Shown here: positions 1 through 8,410 of the stretch, piece by piece
How positions within the stretch are numbered: the first letter of the stretch is position 1
Layout of the letters: each line of letters begins with the position of its first letter
DNA from: Desulfotalea psychrophila LSv54
GTDB taxonomy: Bacteria; Desulfobacterota; Desulfobulbia; Desulfobulbales; Desulfocapsaceae
Reading direction: 5' to 3'
Length of the DNA stretch: 32,000 nucleotides
Assembly (NCBI RefSeq): GCF_000025945.1
Contig: NC_006138.1
Coordinates: 1,410,001-1,442,000 of the forward strand
Made by a program: the position numbers and the translations under genes
Notes under the pieces: model-generated
What the model saw: the letters and a program-made list of their open reading frames with translations, nothing else
Told to the model about the DNA's origin: nothing
The model's database searches: none

Positions 1-371
1 GGTCTTCATCTTCTATAAAATAAAGAATATACGTCTTTTTTTCTCTTGTCAAAAGAAAGAGGATTCTCTTTGCTATGGTTAGGCCTCATGATTCTGTCCT
101 TGCTTTTAGACGACGAATAAAATTACTCTGGGCTCGCCCGCTGCTTGGTTAAGTTTTGTCTTGGCTTGTTTTTGCTGTATAAACTTAACAAAAGGCTTGC
201 TAGTGAGGGGCTCTTTGAGGTAGTTTGAGAACGTTCGTTGATTATAATGACTATTAAGCTTGTAAAGCTGTCTTTTGCACATGTTTTGCAGCTACTTGTG
301 ATTGAAATTATAGAAATTGTTTTATATTTAATGTGGGCTGTGGTGGTAAGGAGCAGGTCACCTCAGACAAT

Positions 372-2216
372 ATGTGCTTATCAGGAGATATTGTGACTAG
401 CAGAGAGAAAAAAACAGAGAGTGAATCCATGCTTTGGATGTCAGGTAATGAGGCTATCGCCCTTGGAGCCTACGAGGCAGGCGTGAAGGTGGCCTCAGGT
501 TATCCCGGGACACCTTCAACGGAAATTATGGAGAATTTGTCCACCTATGACTCGGTTTATACCGAGTGGGCGCCCAATGAAAAGGTAGGTCTTGAGGTTG
601 CCATTGGTGCCTGCTTTGCCGGAGCTCGGAGTCTGGCGACCATGAAGCATGTCGGGGTGAATGTGGCAGCAGATCCACTGCTTACCGTTGCTTACACGGG
701 TGTTCGTGGTGGCTTGGTGGTGGTCAGTGCCGATGATCCTGAGATGCATTCCTCGCAGAATGAGCAGGATAATAGAAACTTTGCCCTTCATGCTAAGATA
801 CCCTGTATAGAACCCTCCGAACCTGCCGAGGCAAAGGCCATGATGAGGCTTGCCTACGAGTTGAGTGAAGATCTTGATACTCCCATTATGTTTCGCATTA
901 CTACCAGGGTCGCCCATGTGAAGGGTGTGGTCGAGAGGGGAACTCGGCTAGAGGGGCCTGTTGCCTGTGGCCTTGAAAAGGTGCCGAGCAAGATGGTTAT
1001 GCTTCCCGGTCTGGCCAAAAAACGTCGTGTCTTTGTTGAAGAGAGGATGGACCGTTGTAAGACCATTGCCGAGACGGCTGATTTTAACCGGATAGAAGAG
1101 GGTAGTACTAAACGTGGATTTATTACTGCGGGTGTTGCCTATCTCTATGTTAAGGAGGCCTTTCCACAGGACTCTGTGCTTAAATTGGGGATGACCTGGC
1201 CTCTTCCGGAGAAGAAGATCCGTGAGTTTGCCGCTTCGGTTGATGAACTTTATGTGGTGGAAGAGCTTGACCCATTTTTGGAAACGCAGATCAAGGCCAT
1301 GGGGATCAGCTGTCACGGTAAGGATCTTATTCCTAATCAGGGTGAGCTCAATACGGCCATTGTCCGTAAGGCGATCACCGGTTTAACGGATCTTGAGCTT
1401 TTTGAAGCTGTCGATCTGCCCATGCGCCCGCCTAATATGTGTGCCGGCTGTCCGCACCGTGGCATTTTCTTTAACCTGTCGCGGATGAATGTCTTTGTCT
1501 CGGGCGATATTGGTTGTTACACCCTGGGATTTTTACCACCGCTCTCGGCGATGGATGCCTGTGTTTGTATGGGCGCATCGGTACCCATGGCTCACGGTAT
1601 GGCCAAGGCCCTTGGTGAGGGGAGCCATGATAAGGTTGTTTCGGTGATCGGTGATTCCACCTTTATCCATTCAGGCATAACTGGCCTTATTAACACGGTA
1701 TATAATAACTCTGCCTCAACCCTTATTATTCTTGATAACCGCATTACGGCAATGACGGGTCAGCAGCAGAATCCTGCCACCGGTTATAATATCAAGGGTG
1801 AGGCGGCCAACGCTCTGGATCTTGAGGCGCTCTGTCGAGCCGTCGGGGTAAAGCATGTTTATACCGTTGACCCCCATGATATTATTAAAACACGTGAGGT
1901 GATGAAGGAGGCAGTTGCTCTTGATGAACCTTCGGTGGTTATTTCCCGGGCACCCTGTGTCCTCATACCGGAAATGAAGAGCCGTAAGACTGTTTCCTAT
2001 TTTACAAATCTGGATAACTGTGTTGGTTGCATGGCCTGTGTTCGACTTGGCTGTCCGGCAATTAGTTGGGAACCATTTGCCGAAGGTGAGGCGGAAGAGC
2101 GTGGTTACCCTGCAAAGCAAAAAGGAATCGCTAGGATTGCAGAGGTGCAGTGTAATGACTGTGGGCAGTGTGCCTCACTCTGTAAGTTTGATGCTATTAC
2201 CAGAGGAGAGGAATAA
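372..2216 (+). CDS. iorA: indolepyruvate:ferredoxin oxidoreductase, alpha subunit
   Basis: ORF 333..2216 (627 codons). Contains GNEAIALGAYEAGVKVASGYPGTPSTEI (2-oxoacid:ferredoxin oxidoreductase core), a TPP-binding region (GDIGCYTLG ... GDSTFIHSG) and a C-terminal double ferredoxin motif (CVGCMACVRLGCP / CNDCGQCASLC), which is the IorA layout. iorB follows 2 nt after the stop. Start uncertain: GTG 333, ATG 372 or ATG 429; the AAGGAG at 347-352 is too far from any of them. Confidence 0.9.
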   Translation: MCLSGDIVTSREKKTESESMLWMSGNEAIALGAYEAGVKVASGYPGTPSTEIMENLSTYDSVYTEWAPNEKVGLEVAIGACFAGARSLATMKHVGVNVAADPLLTVAYTGVRGGLVVVSADDPEMHSSQNEQDNRNFALHAKIPCIEPSEPAEAKAMMRLAYELSEDLDTPIMFRITTRVAHVKGVVERGTRLEGPVACGLEKVPSKMVMLPGLAKKRRVFVEERMDRCKTIAETADFNRIEEGSTKRGFITAGVAYLYVKEAFPQDSVLKLGMTWPLPEKKIREFAASVDELYVVEELDPFLETQIKAMGISCHGKDLIPNQGELNTAIVRKAITGLTDLELFEAVDLPMRPPNMCAGCPHRGIFFNLSRMNVFVSGDIGCYTLGFLPPLSAMDACVCMGASVPMAHGMAKALGEGSHDKVVSVIGDSTFIHSGITGLINTVYNNSASTLIILDNRITAMTGQQQNPATGYNIKGEAANALDLEALCRAVGVKHVYTVDPHDIIKTREVMKEAVALDEPSVVISRAPCVLIPEMKSRKTVSYFTNLDNCVGCMACVRLGCPAISWEPFAEGEAEERGYPAKQKGIARIAEVQCNDCGQCASLCKFDAITRGEE

Positions 2217-2218
2217 CA

Positions 2219-2800
2219 ATGGAAACAACAGGTAATATTCTCTTTTCAGGGGTTGGTGGACAGGGAATTCTTTTGGCCTCAGAGATTACAGCCATGTCCC
2301 TCCTTGCTGCGGGATATGATGCGAAAAAAAGTGAAGTTCACGGTATGGCTCAGCGTGGAGGTTCGGTGGTCGCTGAATTGCGCTATGGAAAGAAGGTCTA
2401 CTCTCCCCTGATTGAACCGGGCTGTGTTGATATTCAGGTAGCCTTTGAAACCCTGGAGGCGGTGCGATATCTGCCCTATCTGCATAAGGGCTCTCAGGTT
2501 GTGGTAAATACCCAGAGAATACTTCCTCCCTCCGTGGCAACGGGGCTTGCCACCTATCCGGAAGGGATTTTGGATGAGCTACGTAATCGTGGCATAAATG
2601 TGCTAGAGGTCGATGCCTTCGAGCTTGCCCAGGGGGTGGGCGAGATACGCACTGCAAATGTGGTACTGGTGGGGGCAATGTCAAAATTCTTGCCCGTTGA
2701 TGAGGCTGTTTTTGCAGAGGTTATTGCCCGGCGTGTTCCGCCTAAGTTCAGGGATGTTAATATGCAGGCCTTTCAGGCTGGTCGAAGGAGCTGTGAATAG
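2219..2800 (+). CDS. iorB: indolepyruvate:ferredoxin oxidoreductase, beta subunit
   Basis: 193-aa ORF with the N-terminal NILFSGVGGQGILLASE motif and a size typical of IorB. ATG 2219 lies 2 nt after the iorA stop, with an AGAGGAGAGGAA SD at 2202-2213. Confidence 0.9.
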   Translation: METTGNILFSGVGGQGILLASEITAMSLLAAGYDAKKSEVHGMAQRGGSVVAELRYGKKVYSPLIEPGCVDIQVAFETLEAVRYLPYLHKGSQVVVNTQRILPPSVATGLATYPEGILDELRNRGINVLEVDAFELAQGVGEIRTANVVLVGAMSKFLPVDEAVFAEVIARRVPPKFRDVNMQAFQAGRRSCE

Positions 2801-2817
2801 GTAGGTGCTTTAGACTT

Positions 2818-2880
2818 GAGGAACCTTGAAAAGAAGCCATATAGGGCTGAGGTTTGCAGAGAAGTATTTTCAAGGTCCTC
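2818..2880 (+). other. long stem-loop in the iorB-paaK intergenic region
   Basis: GAGGAACCTTGAAAA (2818-2832) pairs with TTTTCAAGGTCCTC (2867-2880): a 14-bp stem with one bulged base and a ~34-nt loop. No T-tract follows. An alternative CTGAGG (2846-2851) / CCTCAG (2877-2882) pairing uses part of the same 3' arm. Confidence 0.4.
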
Positions 2881-2912
2881 AGGGATAGATGGATATTGTT
2901 CAAGGAGATATG

Positions 2913-4223
2913 ATGTCAGTAAAATATTGGGATGAAGAGATAGAAACACTTCCTCGTGAAGGTCTGGAGTCAATCCAGCTGAGCCGACTGAAGAAGTTGG
3001 TGGCGCGGATGTATAAGACAGTTGTCCCCTACCGGGAGAAGATGGAGGCGGCTGGGGTAACTCCTTCTGATATAAAGAGTCTTGCCGATCTTGCCAAACT
3101 GCCCTTTACCGTAAAGGACGATCTGCGCGACAACTATCCCTTTGGTCTTTTTGCCGTTCCCATGGATGAGGTAGTACGCGTTCATGCCTCATCGGGTACC
3201 ACCGGAAAACCAACGGTTGTGGGCTATACTCAAGATGATATCGTTCTCTGGTCCAATGTCATGGCCCGGGCCCTCACCTGTGCTGGTGCCTCAAAAAAGG
3301 ATATGATCCACAATTCCTACGGTTATGGACTCTTTACCGGTGGTTTGGGTGCTCATTATGGAATCGAGCGACTTGGGGCAACGGTAATTCCTGTTTCCGG
3401 TGGTAATACCAAACGCCAGATCACCGTTATGAAGGATTTTGGGGCAACCGTGCTTCTGGCAACACCTTCCTATGCCCTTAATCTTGCAGAGACCATGGAC
3501 GCCATGGGGGTTGATCCTGCAACCATGCCTCTGCGTATAGGTGTCTTCGGGGCTGAGCCTTGGAGCGAGAATATGCGTGAAGAGGTTGAGGCTAAGCTCA
3601 ATATAAAGGCAGTGGATATTTATGGACTCTCGGAGGTCATGGGACCTGGAGTTGCCATGGAGTGTTTACAGAGTGAGCGTGGCATGCATATCTCCGAGGA
3701 TCATTTTTTACCCGAAATCATCGATCCGGTAACTGGCGAAGTGCTTCCTCCTGGCTCCGAGGGTGAGTTGGTTTTTACCACCCTTACTAAGGAAGCCTTT
3801 CCGATTATTCGTTATCGGACCAGGGATATTTCCCGTCTCTACTATGAGAAATGTGCCTGCGGCAGAACCCTGGTGCGTATGGAGAAGGTGTTGGGCAGAA
3901 CCGATGATATGCTCATCATTCGTGGGGTCAATGTCTTCCCTTCTCAAGTAGAACATGTACTTATGAGTGTTGATGGTGTTGAACCTCACTATCAAATCGT
4001 GGTTGACCGCATTGGAAATCTTGATACCATGTCAGTACAGGTAGAGGTCAGCGAGGATATTTTCTCCGATGAAATAAGAAAGCTTGAAAAGCTGACTCAG
4101 TTCATTCAAAGAGAAATTAAAGACCTCCTCGGTGTATCCTGTAAGGTGCAGCTCGTGGAGTCCAAGACCATTCAGCGATCTGAAGGCAAGGCAAAGCGAG
4201 TCATTGATAATCGTAAAATTTGA
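2913..4223 (+). CDS. paaK: phenylacetate-CoA ligase family (arylacetate-CoA ligase), paralogue 1
   Basis: ORF 2889..4223. PaaK-type adenylate-forming enzyme: [87 protein letters not shown]. Start set at ATG 2913 (AAGGAG 2902-2907, 5-nt spacer); ATG 2889 and 2910 are also in frame. Confidence 0.85.
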   Translation: MSVKYWDEEIETLPREGLESIQLSRLKKLVARMYKTVVPYREKMEAAGVTPSDIKSLADLAKLPFTVKDDLRDNYPFGLFAVPMDEVVRVHASSGTTGKPTVVGYTQDDIVLWSNVMARALTCAGASKKDMIHNSYGYGLFTGGLGAHYGIERLGATVIPVSGGNTKRQITVMKDFGATVLLATPSYALNLAETMDAMGVDPATMPLRIGVFGAEPWSENMREEVEAKLNIKAVDIYGLSEVMGPGVAMECLQSERGMHISEDHFLPEIIDPVTGEVLPPGSEGELVFTTLTKEAFPIIRYRTRDISRLYYEKCACGRTLVRMEKVLGRTDDMLIIRGVNVFPSQVEHVLMSVDGVEPHYQIVVDRIGNLDTMSVQVEVSEDIFSDEIRKLEKLTQFIQREIKDLLGVSCKVQLVESKTIQRSEGKAKRVIDNRKI

Positions 4224-4238
4224 TATGGGGAGATGTCC

Positions 4239-4670
4239 ATGGAGGTAGAACAACTGGCAGTTTTTTTGGAAAATAAGTCGGGAAGGCTTGCTGAAATAAC
4301 TTCAATTATTGCTATAGAGGGAGTGAATATCAGGGCCCTCTCTGTTGCAGATACCGCAGATTTTGGCATCCTGCGTCTTATCGTAGATGATGTGGAGAAG
4401 ACCCAGAAGGCTCTGAAGGCAAATGGCTTTACCGTGGGCAAGACCAATGTTCTTGCCGTTGAGGTTGAGGATAAGACGGGTGGACTGGCAAATGTCCTCA
4501 AGGTTATCCATGAGGTTGATTTAAACGTTGAATATATGTACGCCTTTGTCAATAAAACAGGGGAAAATGCTGTCCTGATCTTTCGTTTTGAAGATATGGA
4601 AAAGGCCCTTGTTGCCCTGCAGGAGAGAAATTTTACCCTGCTGACAGGAGAGCAGATTTGCGCCCTGTAG
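4239..4670 (+). CDS. ACT domain-containing protein (two tandem ACT units)
   Basis: ORF 4233..4670. Two ACT-like units: LAVFLENKSGRLAEITSIIAIEGVNIRALSVADT..GILRLIVDD and LAVEVEDKTGGLANVLKVIHEVDLNVEYMYAFV. Sits directly after paaK, an arrangement I recognise as recurrent. GGGGAG at 4227-4232 favours ATG 4239 over ATG 4233. Confidence 0.8.
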   Translation: MEVEQLAVFLENKSGRLAEITSIIAIEGVNIRALSVADTADFGILRLIVDDVEKTQKALKANGFTVGKTNVLAVEVEDKTGGLANVLKVIHEVDLNVEYMYAFVNKTGENAVLIFRFEDMEKALVALQERNFTLLTGEQICAL

Positions 4671-4785
4671 GAGTCTGTTGTGGCATATTGAAAAGGCATG
4701 AATTTTTTCAATAAAGATCGGATGAGTACCTATACTGAGGTCTGAGGAACAGCTCTTCTCTAAATCTCTGTATTAGCCAGGCAAG

Positions 4786-4816
4786 GCCGGGATCCTCAGT
4801 TCTAAGGGTTCCCGGC
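4786..4816 (+). terminator. possible weak terminator or attenuator hairpin between the ACT gene and livH
   Basis: GCCGGGA (4786-4792) pairs with TCCCGGC (4810-4816), 17-nt loop, followed by pyrimidine-rich TCCCTCCTCTTTT. Lies in a 190-nt gap that separates the two halves of the cluster. Confidence 0.3.
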
Positions 4817-4860
4817 TCCCTCCTCTTTTAAGAGATCATAATAAATTAATCAATGCCACT

Positions 4861-5751
4861 ATGAGTAGCCAGTTATTTGTCCAGTATTTACTTGCCGGTA
4901 TTACCTATGGTTCCATGTATGCCATTGTCGCCATAGGCTTTAATATTATTTATAATACCACAGGGATTATAAATTTTGCTCAGGGGGAGTTTGTCATGCT
5001 GGGGGGGATGCTCTCCATCTCTCTCTTGCAGTTTATGCCCCTGCCTTTGGCCATTGGCCTGGCAGTGGTGCTGACCATGGCTGTCGGCGGTCTGGTGGAG
5101 ATACTGTTTATCCGTTGGTTAAAAAATCCCGGTGTACTGCGCATGATTGTGATCACCGTTGGCCTCTCTATTCTCCTGCGGGAAATCGCCCTCCATATTT
5201 GGGGTGAGGGTGTTTATTCACTGCCCTATTTTTATGGTAATGAGATCAGCACGGTGGTTATTTTGGGGGCACGGGTATCACCACAGATTTTATGGGTCAT
5301 AGGTGTCTGTCTCCTTCTTGTTGTCCTGCTTCATCTTTTTTTCAAGACTTCCCCCATGGGGCGGGAGATGCGTGCCTGTGCGGTCAATAAAAAGGCTGCC
5401 CTACTCTGCGGGATCAATGCCCGTAATATGGTCACCTTCTCCTTTATGCTCAGTGCCGGTATTGGTGCCCTGGCCGGTGCGGTTATGTCACCTATTACCT
5501 ATACTCAGTATGATTCGGGCGCCGCCCTTGCCATTAAGGGTTTTACCGTGGCTATTCTTGGTGGTCTGGGCAATCTCTTTGGTGCCGTGGCGGCGGGAAT
5601 ATTGCTCGGGGTGTTGGAGGCATTTTCGGTCTCTGTTCTACCCCTGGCCTTTCAGGATGCCATCGCCATTAGCCTGCTCCTTGTTATTCTCTGTGTGCGT
5701 CCCCATGGTCTCTTTGGCTCAGCAACGGCCGCCGGTTTAAAGGATTTTTAG
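4861..5751 (+). CDS. livH: branched-chain-amino-acid-type ABC transporter permease (LivH family)
   Basis: 296 aa, multi-TM, LivH-like blocks GIINFAQGEFVMLGG and AILGGLGNLFGAVAAGILLG. Followed by livM, livG and livF. Confidence 0.85.
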   Translation: MSSQLFVQYLLAGITYGSMYAIVAIGFNIIYNTTGIINFAQGEFVMLGGMLSISLLQFMPLPLAIGLAVVLTMAVGGLVEILFIRWLKNPGVLRMIVITVGLSILLREIALHIWGEGVYSLPYFYGNEISTVVILGARVSPQILWVIGVCLLLVVLLHLFFKTSPMGREMRACAVNKKAALLCGINARNMVTFSFMLSAGIGALAGAVMSPITYTQYDSGAALAIKGFTVAILGGLGNLFGAVAAGILLGVLEAFSVSVLPLAFQDAIAISLLLVILCVRPHGLFGSATAAGLKDF

Positions 5752-5782
5752 TGATGAGAAAATTGGAATACGGAGGCAGCGG

Positions 5783-5800
5783 CCCTCCCTGCAGGGAGGG
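5783..5800 (+). promoter_or_regulatory. perfect 18-nt palindrome whose 3' arm is the livM Shine-Dalgarno
   Basis: CCCTCCCTGCAGGGAGGG is self-complementary at all 9 pairs. The 3' arm GGGAGGG (5794-5800) is the only SD for GTG 5806. The structure is certain from the sequence; a regulatory role is inferred. Confidence 0.5.
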
Positions 5801-5805
5801 AACCA

Positions 5806-6873
5806 GTGAAAAATAATATCTCCTTGTTTTTGTTTGTGATAGTCATTGTTGGCCTTCATCTTCTTACCGCCAGTACGGGTTCTCTCTACCTACTGACCCA
5901 GTTGACCATGTCCGCATATTATTCCCTGCTGGCCATAGGCCTCTGCCTGCTTATGGGCCATGCTGGACAGATATCCATGGGCCATGCCGGTTTCTTTGCC
6001 ATTGGTGGCTATCTGTCGGCCAGTCTCACCACTCATAATATGGTCTCCTCTGCTGAAACAGGCTGGGTGCAAGGCCTCTCATCTCTCGGCCTTTTACATG
6101 CAGGCGAGGATATGTTCGGTGATGCCCTCCTCGTCTTGGCGCCATGGCCTGCCTGCCTAATGGCTATTGCCGTTGCCGCTCTGGTGGCCCTCCTGCTTGG
6201 CATTCCCATCTTGAAGCTCAAGGGCCATTATCTTGCCATGGCGACCCTGGGCTTTGGCATTATTGTCTACCGCCTGGTCCTGGCCACGGAATTTTTTGGT
6301 GAGGCAGATGGCATTTCCGATGTACCTGCCTTTGCTATCCTGCCTGGCTTGAGCATTGTTGGAGATTTGGATGTGCGGGTGGAAAATTATTATATTGCCG
6401 CCGTAATCCTCTTCTTCGGCTTTGTCCTTTTAAGAAATCTGACCAGGTCTCGGGTAGGTAGGGCCTTACGGGCAATACACAGCGCCGAAGATGCGGCCGA
6501 TTCCATGGGGATAAATGTTGCCCACTATAAGTTGATTACCTTTGTTCTATCCGCCGTTTTTGCCGCCTTTGCCGGTGTTTGTCTGACTCACTATAACGGT
6601 GGCATCGGGCCTTCGGAGGCGGGGATGATGAAATCCGTTCGTTATGTGGCCATTGTTGCCGTGGGAGGAATGGCAAATCTCTGGGGAGTGCTGACCATGA
6701 GCATGGTGCTGAACTACCTCTCCCTTCGTGGCATCTTTGGCAGTTATGATGATGCCGTTTTTGGCACCGTCCTGGTCTTGGTGATGCTCTTTGCTCCCGA
6801 TGGAATTTTTAGCATTAAGCTTCGTGCCGGTCTTGCCCAACTCCGGGCGAAATATGGAGAGGATCTCTCATGA
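5806..6873 (+). CDS. livM: branched-chain-amino-acid-type ABC transporter permease (LivM family)
   Basis: 355 aa, GTG start with a GGGAGGG SD 5 nt upstream. LivM-like blocks GHAGQISMGHAGFFAIGGY and FAPDGIF. The stop overlaps the livG start (ATGA). Confidence 0.85.
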   Translation: MKNNISLFLFVIVIVGLHLLTASTGSLYLLTQLTMSAYYSLLAIGLCLLMGHAGQISMGHAGFFAIGGYLSASLTTHNMVSSAETGWVQGLSSLGLLHAGEDMFGDALLVLAPWPACLMAIAVAALVALLLGIPILKLKGHYLAMATLGFGIIVYRLVLATEFFGEADGISDVPAFAILPGLSIVGDLDVRVENYYIAAVILFFGFVLLRNLTRSRVGRALRAIHSAEDAADSMGINVAHYKLITFVLSAVFAAFAGVCLTHYNGGIGPSEAGMMKSVRYVAIVAVGGMANLWGVLTMSMVLNYLSLRGIFGSYDDAVFGTVLVLVMLFAPDGIFSIKLRAGLAQLRAKYGEDLS

Positions 6874-7628
6874 ACCCTCTTTTGCAAATAGATGGACTCT
6901 CTAAGGCCTTCGGTGGTCTTCAGGCGCTAAAAAATGTCTCCTTTGCAGTGAAGAGAGGGCAGATTAAGGCCGTTATTGGTCCCAATGGAGCAGGGAAGAG
7001 TACCCTCTTTAATCTCATCTCAGGAACCCTGAAACCGAGTTCTGGTTCTGTGACCTTTATGGGGAGATCTCTGTTGGGGAAAAAGCCCTACCAGATCGCA
7101 GAGCTTGGGATGGCCAGAACCTTCCAGAATATTAAGATGTTCTCCGCTATGACTGCCCTGGAAAATGTGATGGTGGGGCGTCATATCAAGAGCAGATCCG
7201 GTTTTATCTCCTCTCTGCTGATGTCGCCTTGGGCGACAAGGGAGGAGGGGCGGATTCGGGATAAATCTCTTGCCCTGCTCGGGAGCCTTGGCCTGGGTGA
7301 ATATGCTCAGGTTCCTGCGGAAAATCTGGCCTTTGGTCAGCAGCGGGGGGTGGAGCTGGCCCGGGCCCTGGCTCTGGAGCCGGAAATCCTTCTCCTCGAT
7401 GAACCTGCCGCCGGTCTGAATATTTATGAGACAGCAGAGCTTGCCAGGATGATCTCTGCCATCCGCGATATGGGTGTGACTGTCCTTTTGGTGGAGCACG
7501 ATATGTCCCTGGTGATGGACATTTCCGATGAAATACTGGTGCTCTCTTTTGGCCAGAAGATTGCTGAAGACATTCCCCGGGCCATTCAGCAAAATGCTGA
7601 AGTTATCAAAATTTATCTTGGAGGCTAG
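6870..7628 (+). CDS. livG: ABC transporter ATP-binding protein (LivG type)
   Basis: Walker A GPNGAGKST, signature-like LAFGQQRGVELARAL, Walker B LLLDEPAAGL, H-loop VLLVEHDM. 252 aa. Confidence 0.9.
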   Translation: MNPLLQIDGLSKAFGGLQALKNVSFAVKRGQIKAVIGPNGAGKSTLFNLISGTLKPSSGSVTFMGRSLLGKKPYQIAELGMARTFQNIKMFSAMTALENVMVGRHIKSRSGFISSLLMSPWATREEGRIRDKSLALLGSLGLGEYAQVPAENLAFGQQRGVELARALALEPEILLLDEPAAGLNIYETAELARMISAIRDMGVTVLLVEHDMSLVMDISDEILVLSFGQKIAEDIPRAIQQNAEVIKIYLGG

Positions 7629-7629
7629 G

Positions 7630-8358
7630 ATGTTACGTATCAGAAACCTTGAGGCGGGCTACCGTAATCTCCGGGTACTTAGAAGTGTCTCCATGCATGT
7701 CAACATGGGCGAAATTGTTGCCATTGTTGGGGCCAATGGGGCGGGAAAGACCACCCTTCTTTCAACCATATCTGGTCTCGTCACTGCCACCGGCGGTGAG
7801 ATTGATTTTCTGGGGCGGCCCATCGGCGATATGGCTGCCGATAAGATTCCCTTTCTGGGTTGTCTCATGGTGCCCGAGGGCCGACAGGTCTTTGCCAGTA
7901 TGAGCGTGGAAGAGAATCTGATACTTGGTGGTCATCTGATTCAGAAAGAGGGGCGGAAGGTGGTACAGGCGATGATGGAGAAGCAGTATGATCTCTTTCC
8001 CATCTTGGCAGAACGGCGTAGTCAGTACGCGGGAACCCTCTCCGGCGGAGAGCAACAGATGCTGGCCATGGCTCGGGCCCTGATGGGGAGGCCCACTCTC
8101 CTGATGTTGGATGAACCCTCAACGGGGCTAGCGCCTCTTATTGTCCGGGAAATTTTTAATATTATTGTTCGGCTGCGTGATGAGGGTAATACCGTACTCC
8201 TGGTGGAACAAAACGCCAAGGCCGCCTTGGAGGTTGCCGATCGGGGTTATGTCCTTGAAACTGGCAAGGTGATTCTGCAGGGGGCGAGCGAGGATTTACT
8301 GCAAAACAGCGATGTACAACGAGCCTATTTGGGACGTGAGAGAGTAGAGGCGAGATGA
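7630..8358 (+). CDS. livF: ABC transporter ATP-binding protein (LivF type)
   Basis: The tracked ORF starts at 7528, inside livG. ATG 7630 lies 1 nt after the livG stop with GGAGG at 7620-7624. Walker A GANGAGKTT, LSGGEQQMLAMARAL, Walker B LLMLDEPSTGL, LLVEQN. Confidence 0.9.
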   Translation: MLRIRNLEAGYRNLRVLRSVSMHVNMGEIVAIVGANGAGKTTLLSTISGLVTATGGEIDFLGRPIGDMAADKIPFLGCLMVPEGRQVFASMSVEENLILGGHLIQKEGRKVVQAMMEKQYDLFPILAERRSQYAGTLSGGEQQMLAMARALMGRPTLLMLDEPSTGLAPLIVREIFNIIVRLRDEGNTVLLVEQNAKAALEVADRGYVLETGKVILQGASEDLLQNSDVQRAYLGRERVEAR

Positions 8359-8410
8359 GGCTTTTGGCCTGATTTTTATAGGTTTTTAAAACAAAAATTA
8401 GAGCAACGAT

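Noticed and set aside
238-251. FNR/Crp-like site TTGAT-TATA-ATGAC upstream of iorA
   Set aside because: The second half-site matches only 3 of 5 positions of ATCAA, which is indistinguishable from chance in AT-rich DNA.
275-290. sigma54-like promoter TTGCAC-N5-TTGCA upstream of iorA
   Set aside because: The spacing matches TGGCAC-N5-TTGCA, but the near-invariant GG of the -24 element is TG here. I cannot support it without a transcription start site or conservation.
5303-5740. 145-aa plus-strand alternative-frame ORF inside livH; similar alternative-frame ORFs lie inside the other transporter genes
   Set aside because: It is out of frame with a permease that has clear family motifs. The product is rich in Pro, Ser, Arg and Cys and is not protein-like.
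7528-7629. 5' extension of the livF ORF (start at 7528)
   Set aside because: The extension lies inside livG in another frame. ATG 7630, with GGAGG 5 nt upstream and 1 nt after the livG stop, gives the canonical LivF N-terminus (MLRIRNLEAGY).
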